A DNA stretch of 64,000 bases from an uncultured Clostridia bacterium. GTDB lineage: Bacteria; Bacillota; Clostridia; Christensenellales; UBA3700. The notes beneath the pieces were generated by a model, which was not told where the DNA came from, made no database searches, and was given only the letters and a program-made list of their open reading frames with translations. The position numbers and the translations under genes were made by a program. Location of the stretch: assembly GCA_948471525.1 (NCBI GenBank), contig CAOKSY010000006.1:11646-75645 (forward strand). Direction: 5' to 3'. This document shows positions 10,552 through 19,917 of this stretch, one piece after another (position 1 is the first letter of the stretch; every line of letters starts with the position of its first letter).

Positions 10552-10636
10552 AAAAGCCGACCTAAAATAAAAGCACCTCCTTAAGTCTTGTCTAACTTTT
10601 GGGGTGCATTTCAAAAGGTCGGCTTAATTTTTTTAT
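10552..10636. terminator. Bidirectional intrinsic terminator between gdhA and the convergent membrane-protein gene
   Basis: aaaagccgacc (10552-10562) pairs with ggtcggctt (10617-10625). An inner stem gcacctcc/ggggtgc is present, and a T-run follows (aattttttt). Confidence 0.7.
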
Positions 10637-10645
10637 CAAAAATTT

Positions 10646-11188
10646 TTATAAAACAGTTTTGCCGCAAATAGCGCTGTTCTCTTCCTGTCTTCTAAACGCT
10701 TTGGAGAGATTGTAAATCTTCATAGTCGATATTGCCACAGTAAACGCTATTGCCGCGACCGTCAATACCGATATCAAACCGAACCAACCGAATTTTCCGA
10801 GGATCTGATCTTCTACGTCTACGATAAGCGTAGCAAAGGTAAGCAAGTAAAATCCGACTATATCTTCATAGACCAACGCGATATAAGTGGCGCGCTTGAT
10901 AGACTTAATGCGCTCGCAATCTTCCGAATTGGCAAATTTGCGGATCTTGTACCTATCCATAAATATGAGAAAATAAATAGCCATCACAAGGGCAATGCCG
11001 AAACACGAAGTCCAAATACAGTTGGAAAGACTGCCTTTGAAGTCCATTCGCATAATAAACGGCATAGAGACTATCCACAAAAAGAACAGCCACATCGAAA
11101 ATATTATGGAAATTTTCTGTTTTCTGCTGAAATTCACTTTTTTCTCTCCTATTTCGTTTATTATATACTTATAATCAAATGTTGTCAA
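10646..11188 (-). CDS. Hypothetical polytopic membrane protein
   Basis: 180 aa with 4-5 hydrophobic segments. I recognised no family motif. Confidence 0.6.
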   Translation of the reverse strand: MTTFDYKYIINEIGEKKVNFSRKQKISIIFSMWLFFLWIVSMPFIMRMDFKGSLSNCIWTSCFGIALVMAIYFLIFMDRYKIRKFANSEDCERIKSIKRATYIALVYEDIVGFYLLTFATLIVDVEDQILGKFGWFGLISVLTVAAIAFTVAISTMKIYNLSKAFRRQEENSAICGKTVL

Positions 11189-11467
11189 GAATTAAAAGGC
11201 TTTTGTTAAAAAATATACAAAAATTGTAAATTTTGTCGAACTTCGCATACTATATTTTAATAGAATCTATGAACTTTTTATATTGCCGCCGTAAAATCCA
11301 TCGGACCGCTCCTTGCGAAGCAGTCCGACGGAAAGTTTTATAAAAGGTCGTACATTATGAAATAGTCTTTTTTAAGATGAAACGGCGCGCCACATTTATC
11401 ATCACTTATATTTTAACATTTAAAAACATAAAAAGCAATATCTTTTGAAATTTTTGTTTAACAAATG

Positions 11468-13633
11468 TCAAATATCGTTTTGCCCCGCCGCTTCGTCAAT
11501 GCTCACGCCCAAAAACTGCGCATTGTAGAGTTCCGCATAGAATCCGTTGTTTGCAAGCAATTGATTATGCGTGCCCTGCTCTACTATATCTCCATCCTTG
11601 AGTACCAAAATATTGTCGGCGTCTTTTATAGTGGAAAGTCTGTGCGCGATCACAAAACTGGTCCTGCCTTCCATCAGCGCGCGCATTGCCTGCTGTATAA
11701 GCATTTCCGTACGCGTATCGACAAGCGAAGTCGCCTCGTCGAGTATCATAATTTTAGAATCCGCGAGTATTGCTCTGGCAATCGTAAGCAGTTGTTTCTG
11801 TCCTTGCGATATGTTGCCCGCGTCGGCGTTTATAACAAAACCGTATCCGCCAGGAAGCGTCCTGATAAAGTGATCCGCGCAAGCCGTCTTTGCCGCCTCC
11901 ATGACCTCTTCGTCGGTAGCGTCAAGTCTGCCGTAACGAATATTTTCCATTATCGTACCGCGGAAAAGCCAAGTGTCTTGCAATACCATACCGATATGCT
12001 TTCTCAATCCGTCTCTTGAGAATTTTTTGATATCTACGCCGTCGACGAGTATTTCCCCGCCGCCTACGTCGTAATATCTCATCAAAAGTTTGACTAACGT
12101 AGTCTTGCCCGATCCGGTAGGTCCTACGATCGCGATACGTTGACCGCTCTCAACGTGGCTGGAAAAATCTTTGATAATCACTTTATCGGAAGAATAACCG
12201 AATTTTACGTTGACAAAGTCAACTTTGCCTTCGATACGCTCGGGATCGAAATCGCCCGTCTCGCGCTCTTCTTCTCCGTCCAAAAACGAGAATACTCTTT
12301 CCGCCGCGGCTACCGTGGATTGGAAGGTGTTCGCCACGCTGGCAAGTTGCGTTATCGGCTGATTGAACTGACGCACGTATTGTACAAACGACTGTATGTT
12401 GCCCACTCCGAGCGGTCCGTTGATGACTAAAAATCCGCCCAGTATACATACGCTGACAAATCCCAAATTGCCTATTGCCTTTGCGCAAGGTTGCATAAGT
12501 CCCGAGAAAAACTGCGAACTGTAAGACGATCTGCAAAGTTCCGCATTGTACTTATCGAAATCTTCGACGCTCTTTTCCTCGCCGTTGAAAAGTTTGACCA
12601 CGTTATGCCCCGAAAACATCTCTTCTATTTGTCCGTTGACGTGACCGAGATATTCCTGCTGACGCGCAAAATACTTTTGCGATTTTTTGATTATAAGCAT
12701 AGCAACGACCATAAGCACGGGCACGCTCACTACAGAGATCAGCGTCATTAGCGGGCTTATCTTAAGCATCATTATCAGTACGCCGATCACGGTAGTCACC
12801 GAAGTGAGCATCTGAGACAGGCTTTGATTGAGCGACGTCGAAATGGTATCGATATCATTGGTGATAAGACTCATCACCTCGCCGTTTGTGGTCGAATCGT
12901 AGAATTTGAGCGGAAGTTTGTCGATCTTCTCGTCGAGATCTTTTCTGAATCTATAAGATATCTTCTGCGATACGCCGGACAGTAAAAATCCCTGAGCGTA
13001 CGCCATTATTCCGCTTGCCGCGACCAACAGCGTGAGTTTGAGCAAAATATTCATAATTTTGTCAACGTCCACTTGCGGCTCTTGCGTAAGAGATACCGAT
13101 CTTACGTCTTCCAAATACGATTCCGGCACGCTTTCCAACATCTCGTCCATTCTCGCTATGTCCACGAATTCGCCCACCGTCTTTGCTTCGCGCACCGCTT
13201 TTGCTATATTAATCAACGCGACTTTATTCATCTTTGCGGGTATAGCAAGTATCTGCTCGCGCATCTCGTCCGTCAGATTTTTACCCATATCGTTATCGGG
13301 ATCGTCTGCAATATTCTTGAGATCTCCTATCGTGATATATCCCACGCTTTCAAACATCGTCAAAGTCTGCTCGTCGTACTGCGTGACGGGCAGTATGGCT
13401 TTGTATACGGATTTTTGTATTACTCCCGTCATAAGCGTATCGGTAGCTCCGCCCAAAATATCGGGGACGGTTATCGTCGCGACGACTCCGCCGATCGCCA
13501 AAACAAACGCTATGATCATGACCGCCAAATCCTTCTTCATATATGCAAGGAGTTTTTTGACGGTACCTTTAAAATCTTTTGCCTTCTCTCCGCTCATTGC
13601 GCCGCCCATAGGTCCGTGAGGCATCTTTGGCAT
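11468..13633 (-). CDS. ABC transporter ATP-binding/permease (exporter half-transporter with enlarged extracytoplasmic loop)
   Basis: Walker A is GPTGSGKTTL, the signature is ISQGQKQLL and Walker B is ILDEATS. About 130 hydrophilic residues are inserted between TM1 and TM2. Confidence 0.92.
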   Translation of the reverse strand: MPKMPHGPMGGAMSGEKAKDFKGTVKKLLAYMKKDLAVMIIAFVLAIGGVVATITVPDILGGATDTLMTGVIQKSVYKAILPVTQYDEQTLTMFESVGYITIGDLKNIADDPDNDMGKNLTDEMREQILAIPAKMNKVALINIAKAVREAKTVGEFVDIARMDEMLESVPESYLEDVRSVSLTQEPQVDVDKIMNILLKLTLLVAASGIMAYAQGFLLSGVSQKISYRFRKDLDEKIDKLPLKFYDSTTNGEVMSLITNDIDTISTSLNQSLSQMLTSVTTVIGVLIMMLKISPLMTLISVVSVPVLMVVAMLIIKKSQKYFARQQEYLGHVNGQIEEMFSGHNVVKLFNGEEKSVEDFDKYNAELCRSSYSSQFFSGLMQPCAKAIGNLGFVSVCILGGFLVINGPLGVGNIQSFVQYVRQFNQPITQLASVANTFQSTVAAAERVFSFLDGEEERETGDFDPERIEGKVDFVNVKFGYSSDKVIIKDFSSHVESGQRIAIVGPTGSGKTTLVKLLMRYYDVGGGEILVDGVDIKKFSRDGLRKHIGMVLQDTWLFRGTIMENIRYGRLDATDEEVMEAAKTACADHFIRTLPGGYGFVINADAGNISQGQKQLLTIARAILADSKIMILDEATSLVDTRTEMLIQQAMRALMEGRTSFVIAHRLSTIKDADNILVLKDGDIVEQGTHNQLLANNGFYAELYNAQFLGVSIDEAAGQNDI

Positions 13634-13649
13634 ATTGGCTTTTTTCCGC

Positions 13650-15389
13650 TCATAATCCCAATTCCTCCTCCGACAACTGCGACTTTGCGATGTCTAAATA
13701 TGTCGCGCAATTGTTGAGCAGTTCCTCGTGTTTTCCAATACCGACTATCTTTCCGTCGTCAAGGACGATTATTCTATCGGCATTCTTGATAGTGCCCACT
13801 CTTTGCGCTACTATTATCACAGTCGCTTCCGACATCTCTTCCTCTAACGCCATCCTCAATTTTGCATCAGTCTTAAAGTCAAGAGCTGAAAAAGAATCGT
13901 CAAAGATATAGATAGGCGCTTTTTTATTTAGAGCGCGCGCTATCGCCAAACGCTGTTTCTGCCCGCCCGACACGTTGGATCCGCCTTGAGCTATCTCTCT
14001 TGCATAGCCCTGTTCGCTCGAATCGATAAACTCTTTTGCCTGCGCTATCTCGGCGGCTTTGTCTAAATCTTCCTGAAGAGGGTTGTTCGCGCCGTAGCCG
14101 ATATTGCTTGCCACAGTACCCGAAAACAAAGTGTTTTTCTGCGGTACAAACCCGATATTATTGCGCAGATCTTTGAGGTTGATATCCCTTACGTCCACGC
14201 CATCTATGGTGATCTTTCCTCCGCTGACGTCCATAAGTCTGGGAATGAGATTGATCACCGTAGACTTGCCGCTGCCGGTACTGCCTATGATCGCGGTCAC
14301 CTCGCCGCTATTCGCCTCAAACGTTATGCCTTCGACAGCAGGCGCGCCTCCGCCGTAGCTGTAACTCACGTCTTCGAATTTTATATCGCCTTTGAATCTG
14401 ACTCCGCTTTCCGTTTCTTTACCTTCCGCGTTTTTGATACTTATCTCCGTGCCAAGAACTTCGCTCACTCTTTTGATAGACACTACTGCTCTGGGCAATA
14501 TAATGAAGATCATAGATATCATCATAAACGACATTACGACCTGCAATGCATATTGCATAAAAGCCATCATTCCCGCAACCTGTCCGATATCCTCCACTTT
14601 GTTGGCGAATATCCATACGACTGCCAGCATTATACCGTTCATTACCACAGTCATTATCGGCATCAACAGCGCCATAAGCCTCGTAGTAAACAATGATGTA
14701 GACGTGAGATCCCTGTTGGCGTTATCAAAACGCTTCTTCTCATAGGACTGCGTATTGAAAGCTCTGATTACAAGCATACCGTTGAGTTCGTCGTTGGCGA
14801 CTTGATTTACCGTGTCGATCTGCTTTTGCATCTTGATAAATTTAGGTTGAACTACCGAAAGCGCAATAATAATAAGCACTATTATCACCGATATAGCGGC
14901 GACTATCACCCAAGCAAGCGCGGTAATTCCGCTCGAATACTCTATGGCTTTTATCGCTCCGCCTATTCCCATAATCGGAGCAAACATTATCAATCTGAGA
15001 AAAAGTATCGTCAGCAACTGTATCTGCGTAACGTCGTTGGTACTCCTTGTGATAAGCGAAGATACGGAAAACCTGTTATATTCTTCCGAAGCAAAATTCA
15101 TTACCTGCCTAAACAAGTCGCTTCTGAGATCGCGCGATACGTAAGCCGCGACACGCGAAGAGAAAAAGCCGACCATTACCGCGCAAATACACGCTATGAG
15201 CGCAATTACAAGCATTTGCCAACCGTAATGCCATATCGTCGACATATTTCCGCTTCCTACGCCTTCGGTAATTAAATCGGACATATACCCCGGTAGTTGA
15301 AGTTCGCAAATAGCCTCGCCTGTCAAAAATAGTAATGCGGCGATTATCAAAAGAGCGTATTTCCCGTAATATTTGATTAAATGTTTCAC
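13650..15389 (-). CDS. ABC transporter ATP-binding/permease (partner half-transporter)
   Basis: Walker A is GSTGSGKSTV, the signature is VSGGQKQRL and Walker B is IFDDSFS. It has a GTG start with the RBS ggagac, and lies 16 nt upstream of its partner gene. Confidence 0.92.
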   Translation of the reverse strand: MKHLIKYYGKYALLIIAALLFLTGEAICELQLPGYMSDLITEGVGSGNMSTIWHYGWQMLVIALIACICAVMVGFFSSRVAAYVSRDLRSDLFRQVMNFASEEYNRFSVSSLITRSTNDVTQIQLLTILFLRLIMFAPIMGIGGAIKAIEYSSGITALAWVIVAAISVIIVLIIIALSVVQPKFIKMQKQIDTVNQVANDELNGMLVIRAFNTQSYEKKRFDNANRDLTSTSLFTTRLMALLMPIMTVVMNGIMLAVVWIFANKVEDIGQVAGMMAFMQYALQVVMSFMMISMIFIILPRAVVSIKRVSEVLGTEISIKNAEGKETESGVRFKGDIKFEDVSYSYGGGAPAVEGITFEANSGEVTAIIGSTGSGKSTVINLIPRLMDVSGGKITIDGVDVRDINLKDLRNNIGFVPQKNTLFSGTVASNIGYGANNPLQEDLDKAAEIAQAKEFIDSSEQGYAREIAQGGSNVSGGQKQRLAIARALNKKAPIYIFDDSFSALDFKTDAKLRMALEEEMSEATVIIVAQRVGTIKNADRIIVLDDGKIVGIGKHEELLNNCATYLDIAKSQLSEEELGL

Positions 15390-15413
15390 TTTAAGTCTCC
15401 AATCGATATTATT

Positions 15414-15442
15414 ATTTTATAAAAATAAAGGGCAATAGTCAA
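15414..15442 (-). promoter_or_regulatory. Candidate sigma-A promoter of the ABC exporter operon
   Basis: On the minus strand, TTGACT (15442-15437), a 17-nt spacer and TAAAAT (15419-15414), about 25 nt upstream of the GTG start. Confidence 0.5.
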
Positions 15443-15519
15443 TGCCATTTGAAAGCAATCGGTGATTTTTTACATAAATTGTAAATTAGCGAAATTTCTT
15501 TACATTTTTTTAATAATTT

Positions 15520-16052
15520 GGATTAGATCTCTCCGCTTCGGTCGAGATGACATATTTTTGCTAGAGATTACAGAATTACTAAATTATAAAACGTGAGGCG
15601 GAAAGCAAGTATCGCGCGTCTGCCGCGAGTAGAAAACGGCATACTGCTCGAAGAGGAAGTCTAAATATTTATAAGGATGAGATCTCTCCACTGCGGTCGA
15701 GATGACTGATTAATATGTAAGTAACATAAATATAAAAAATTGTGAGGCGGGAAGGCAGCTGAGCGAAAAAGAAAATTGTAGATTTGCCGTCAAGGCGATA
15801 TAAGAAAAAATCGCTCGTACTTGCCGTACGAGTCGACTTTTTTATTACGGTGTATCGGCGGAAATTTTTTTAATCCCAGATAAAACCTCGTGAGGCGGAA
15901 AGCGAGTATCGCGCGTCTGCCGCGAGTAGAAAACGGCATACTGCGCGAAGAGGGAGCGCAGTCGTACTTGCTGTACGACAAGCGACCTCGACAATGCAGT
16001 ATACCGTTTAATGCCGCGCTAGGCGCGTTATATCTCGCTTTCTGCCGAACTA
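15520..16052. repeat. Intergenic modular repeat cluster R2, the most complete copy
   Basis: It holds two 'agatctctcc...cggtcgagatgac' hairpin modules (15520-15552 and 15675-15707), a half unit (15593-15661), the terminator-hairpin module (15792-15847) and a complete 161-nt palindromic unit (15890-16050). That unit differs from 20579-20739 at only about 5 positions. Confidence 0.9.
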
Positions 16053-17855
16053 AAAAATCTTCCTCACGCTATAGCCGTTCTTCTCAAGCACTTTGACCTG
16101 AGTGGTAACGGATTCGATAAATTCTTCGTTGTTTTTTGTTTTCTGCATCATAGTGAGAAGTTGATCGGTCGTCTCCTGCGAATCTCCGCTGGAAAGCATT
16201 TTTCTCAAAGCCCACACGCCCTCCAATTCCTTCTGAGTGAGCAGCAGATCTTCTCTTCTCGTGGAGGATCGGTTGAGATCGATAGCAGGGAAAATACGTC
16301 TCTCGCTGAGTTTTCTGTCCAGCGTGATCTCCATATTGCCCGTACCCTTGAATTCTTCGTAAATAACGTCGTCCATTCTGCTTCCGGTATCGACCAACGC
16401 TGTTGCGATTATTGTGAGCGAACCGCCGTTTTCGATATTTCTAGCCGCTCCGAAGAATTTCTTTGGGCTGGCAAGCGCGCCGGGATCTATACCGCCCGAC
16501 AGCGTTCTGCCGGTAGGCGGAATCGTCAAGTTATACGCTCTTGCAAGTCTCGTCAACGAATCCATCATAATGACTACGTCTTTGCCGAGTTCTACGAGAC
16601 GTTTTGCTCTTTCTATAAGCAACTCTGCGGCTTTGCAGTGATGCTCTGGCATTTCGTCAAAAGTCGAATATACTACCTCGCCTTTTATTGATCTCTTCAT
16701 ATCGGTGACTTCTTCGGGACGCTCGTCTACGAGAAGCACAAACAACGTGACTTCCTTGTGATTTGTCGTAATAGAATTGGCGATCTTCTTGAGAAGCGTT
16801 GTCTTACCAGCCTTTGGAGGCGACACGATCATTGCTCTCTGTCCTTTACCTATCGGAGCAATAAGATCGAGACTGCGTATCGCAAAGTCGCTGCGCGTCA
16901 CGCTCTTTTCCGCCGTGTTGATCTCCAATCTAAGTCTTTCTTGCGGGAATATAGGCGTAAGCGCGTCGAAATGCGGTCTTTTACGCAGATCGTAAAGGTT
17001 CTTTCCGCTCTCGCCGTCAAAAGCAACTAATTTATATTCTCCCGTCGAAGGGATATCGTTGCCGCGCGCGTCTTTTTGATATACGAGTTCGTATCTCATA
17101 TCGGGATTAACTCTGTCCACGCTGATAAGAGCCGGCGGCTTGTTGTCGCTGTTTCTTCTTGCAAGACCTGACACATAATCGCCTGCGCGAAGTCCCATAC
17201 CTTTGATCAATTTGCCGGGGACGTAGACGTCCTTATCTCCGCACTCGCAGTTCTCAGCGCGCAAAAATCCGTATCCGTCAAGCAATTCGAGAATGCCGCT
17301 CTTATATTCGTTTTCTTCTTCTCTGGGTTCTTCTCCGTCCACGGACTGGAATGATTTGGGACACCTGTTTCTATCTCCCTGATTGTCGTAATAATTCTTT
17401 TGCTTACCGTCTTGAGAAGTTACGGAATCGCCGACTTTGCTTACGTAGTCAGGCTTTGGCGGTCTGCCGAGTTGAGGAGCCTTCTTGGAAATTTCGCTCT
17501 CGTCTCCGCTTGACTTTTCCTTTATTATCTGAAAATATTCTTCTATTATCTCGCCTTTCTTCTTTGTCGTAGGCGATTTTATGCCGATATCTCTTGCGAT
17601 CTTTCTGACGGTATGTATCGTCATATTCATAAAATCTTCTTCTGTGTAGATATGGGGATTCTCGGACAATCTGTCCTCAGGATCGACACTTGCCGTCTGC
17701 AACGCATTATCAGAATTTACGCCTAAAATATTTTCGATCAGTTTTTCCTCCGACATATAAGTCGCGTTTTCCACACCGAGTTTTCTAGCCGTATCCCTCA
17801 ACTGAAATAGATTCTTTGTTTTTAACTCTTCCAACGTATAATTCTTCTTTACCAT
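16050..17855 (-). CDS. rho: Transcription termination factor Rho with an extended N-terminus
   Basis: Walker A is PKAGKTTLLKKIA, the RNA-binding domain has GILELLDGYGFLR, and the C-terminus has RIFPAIDLNRSSTRRE. At 601 aa it is about 180 aa longer than the roughly 420-aa length I recall as typical for Rho. Confidence 0.95.
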   Translation of the reverse strand: MVKKNYTLEELKTKNLFQLRDTARKLGVENATYMSEEKLIENILGVNSDNALQTASVDPEDRLSENPHIYTEEDFMNMTIHTVRKIARDIGIKSPTTKKKGEIIEEYFQIIKEKSSGDESEISKKAPQLGRPPKPDYVSKVGDSVTSQDGKQKNYYDNQGDRNRCPKSFQSVDGEEPREEENEYKSGILELLDGYGFLRAENCECGDKDVYVPGKLIKGMGLRAGDYVSGLARRNSDNKPPALISVDRVNPDMRYELVYQKDARGNDIPSTGEYKLVAFDGESGKNLYDLRKRPHFDALTPIFPQERLRLEINTAEKSVTRSDFAIRSLDLIAPIGKGQRAMIVSPPKAGKTTLLKKIANSITTNHKEVTLFVLLVDERPEEVTDMKRSIKGEVVYSTFDEMPEHHCKAAELLIERAKRLVELGKDVVIMMDSLTRLARAYNLTIPPTGRTLSGGIDPGALASPKKFFGAARNIENGGSLTIIATALVDTGSRMDDVIYEEFKGTGNMEITLDRKLSERRIFPAIDLNRSSTRREDLLLTQKELEGVWALRKMLSSGDSQETTDQLLTMMQKTKNNEEFIESVTTQVKVLEKNGYSVRKIF

Positions 17856-18059
17856 TTTACTCTCCCAAAATTGAGTTTGCCCCTAGGCTGCATATAAACA
17901 GTTTATGATTGCGTATATTATTAGCTTATTTAATATTGATGTGAACCGATGTCAGTATATGATTTTAAAATGTAAGTAATTTAATTTTCTACAAAAGAAA
18001 TTTTTTTATACGGCAATTTTGTATTTTATGCAAGAGGCTTTTACGCCTCTTGCGCTCAA

Positions 18060-18716
18060 TCAAAATATTTCGCTTTTAAATACTATTACTTTAGTATTGT
18101 CGCCCTCAAAGTACGCCCTGTCCACCTCAAGCGCCTGAGAATCGATTTCTACTATTTGCTCCTCTTCGAAGAGATCCAAAAACTCGTCGAGTTTGTCGAT
18201 ATCAACCTGTGAAGAAGGAGTTTTGAAATGCATGGGAATAACCACGTCCGGCATGATTATATCCACGTATTCCTTTGCTTGCGCCGCGTCTATAGTATAA
18301 TTGCCGCCGACCGGTATCATCAATACGTTGACCGATCCGATACCTTCGGCAAGTCTGACCGTACACTCTTCGCCTATATCGCCCATATGACAGAGATCCA
18401 CGCCGTCCATACGATATTTAAAAATACAGTTGTCGCCTCTTTTTTTGCCCGACTTATCGTCGTGATAAGAATGCATGGACAGTATCTCTACTCCCTTGAT
18501 CTCCCAAAATCCGCATTCGCTCAATACTATCGGCGCTCCGTCTACGTTGACGACCGCGTTGTGATCTTTGTGCTGATGCGAACAGGTGACGACGTCCGCG
18601 CCGCTTTTCGGCATATCGAAGCCTACTATGGATTTGTCAAAGGGGTCGGCGATTATAGTCGTGCCTGTCGATTCTGTCAACTTAAAGCACGAGTGCCCCA
18701 GCCATTCAATTTTCAT
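18060..18716 (-). CDS. MBL-fold metallo-hydrolase (UPF0173-like)
   Basis: MKIEWLGHSCF at the N-terminus and the HQHKDH (HxHxDH) metal-binding motif. Its start is coupled to the prs-like stop (gaggagTAAAATG). Confidence 0.85.
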   Translation of the reverse strand: MKIEWLGHSCFKLTESTGTTIIADPFDKSIVGFDMPKSGADVVTCSHQHKDHNAVVNVDGAPIVLSECGFWEIKGVEILSMHSYHDDKSGKKRGDNCIFKYRMDGVDLCHMGDIGEECTVRLAEGIGSVNVLMIPVGGNYTIDAAQAKEYVDIIMPDVVIPMHFKTPSSQVDIDKLDEFLDLFEEEQIVEIDSQALEVDRAYFEGDNTKVIVFKSEIF

Positions 18717-18717
18717 T

Positions 18718-19917
18718 TTACTCCTCGCTTATGTTCATTGCCAGCTGTTGAGGTTTGCCGGCATTAAATTTTTCAATAAGTTCGTGAATCTTGTCGTGCG
18801 GGTCGAGCAACTGTCCTACGGACTTGTTTTGGTCTATAGCCGCGATTATATATGCGACGAATTTAGACATATCCGCTTGAACAAACCAATCTTTCTTGAG
18901 CAACTCCTCCGTCGCATAAGTCAAATTGGTAGAAAGCACCGCGTCGAAAAGTCCCGCGTCGTGCGCCTTCTGGAACTTCTCCGGTCCTTCGGTAAACAAC
19001 GCGTAAGTAGCGGAAAGGAATATCCTTCCGCAGCCTGCCGTTTTAAGTTCGGTACACAGTTTGAGCATACTGTCTCCGGTAGCGATAATATCGTCTGCGA
19101 CAAAGATGTCTTTATCCTTGACGTCGTTACCGATATACTCGTGAGCGACTATCGGATTTCTGCCGTTGACTACGTTTGCATAGTCTCTGCGTTTATAGAA
19201 CATTCCGAGATCCGTACCGAGCACGGAAGCATAATATATATTTCTGCTCATTGCGCCTTCGTCCGGACTTACGATCATAAAGTTGTCTTTTTTCATATTG
19301 ATCTCGGGGAACGACTTGAGCAACGCCTTGAGTATCTGATAAGTGGGCATAAAGTTATCGAAGCCCATGATAGGTACGGAATTCTGAACTCTCGGATCGT
19401 GAGCGTCGAAAGTGATGATATCCTTTACGCCCATAAATTCGAGTTCTCTCAACATCTGAGCGCAATCGAGCGATTCTCTCGCCACTCTTCTGTGCTGTCT
19501 TCCTCCGTACAAAAGCGGCATTATTACAGTGATCTTGTTGGCAAGACCCGCGCAAGCGCAGATCATTCTCTTGAGATCCGCATAATGATCGTCAGGCGAC
19601 ATTCTGTTGGGCGTGCCGAACATATTGTATTCGATAGAATAGTTGCCCACGTCGCAAATTATATAAAGATCCTTTCCTCTGATGCTGTCGTTGATAAGTC
19701 CCTTGCCGTCGCCGGTAGTAAATCTGGGGCACTTGTTGCCGACAAGGAAAGTATCTTTGAAGAACTTCTTCCCGTTGGCTTTCGCCTCGTTGTTGTACCA
19801 GTTGACAAGATAATAATCTATCTTTTTACCAATTTCTGCCGCTCCTTCCATTGCCAATAACGCCATATTGGAGGAGTCTTTTTCAAAGTTGAATATAGAC
19901 TCAAAAAACGGTCTCAT
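18718..19917 (-). CDS. Ribose-phosphate pyrophosphokinase family protein (long form)
   Basis: VSPDEGAMSR and the PRPP-binding loop FVADDIIATGDSM. 399 aa. The RBS is ggagg, 5 nt before the ATG. Confidence 0.85.
   Translation of the reverse strand: MRPFFESIFNFEKDSSNMALLAMEGAAEIGKKIDYYLVNWYNNEAKANGKKFFKDTFLVGNKCPRFTTGDGKGLINDSIRGKDLYIICDVGNYSIEYNMFGTPNRMSPDDHYADLKRMICACAGLANKITVIMPLLYGGRQHRRVARESLDCAQMLRELEFMGVKDIITFDAHDPRVQNSVPIMGFDNFMPTYQILKALLKSFPEINMKKDNFMIVSPDEGAMSRNIYYASVLGTDLGMFYKRRDYANVVNGRNPIVAHEYIGNDVKDKDIFVADDIIATGDSMLKLCTELKTAGCGRIFLSATYALFTEGPEKFQKAHDAGLFDAVLSTNLTYATEELLKKDWFVQADMSKFVAYIIAAIDQNKSVGQLLDPHDKIHELIEKFNAGKPQQLAMNISEE

Noticed and set aside
15520-16052. Possible CRISPR array, because of recurring ~30-nt motifs.
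   Set aside because: The recurring units are not regularly spaced direct repeats with unique spacers of uniform length. They are hairpin and palindromic modules in mixed order and orientation, dispersed over five loci, and no cas genes are present.
15790-16096. Small ORFs lying inside the repeat clusters (15790-15981, 15890-16096, 20157-20423, 20383-20820, 20444-20683, 20657-20866, 46922-47107 and 30441-30857 at its 5' end).
   Set aside because: They are created by the repeat sequence itself, so the same pseudo-peptides recur at different loci. They lack RBSs, and the 145-aa ORF spans several unrelated modules.
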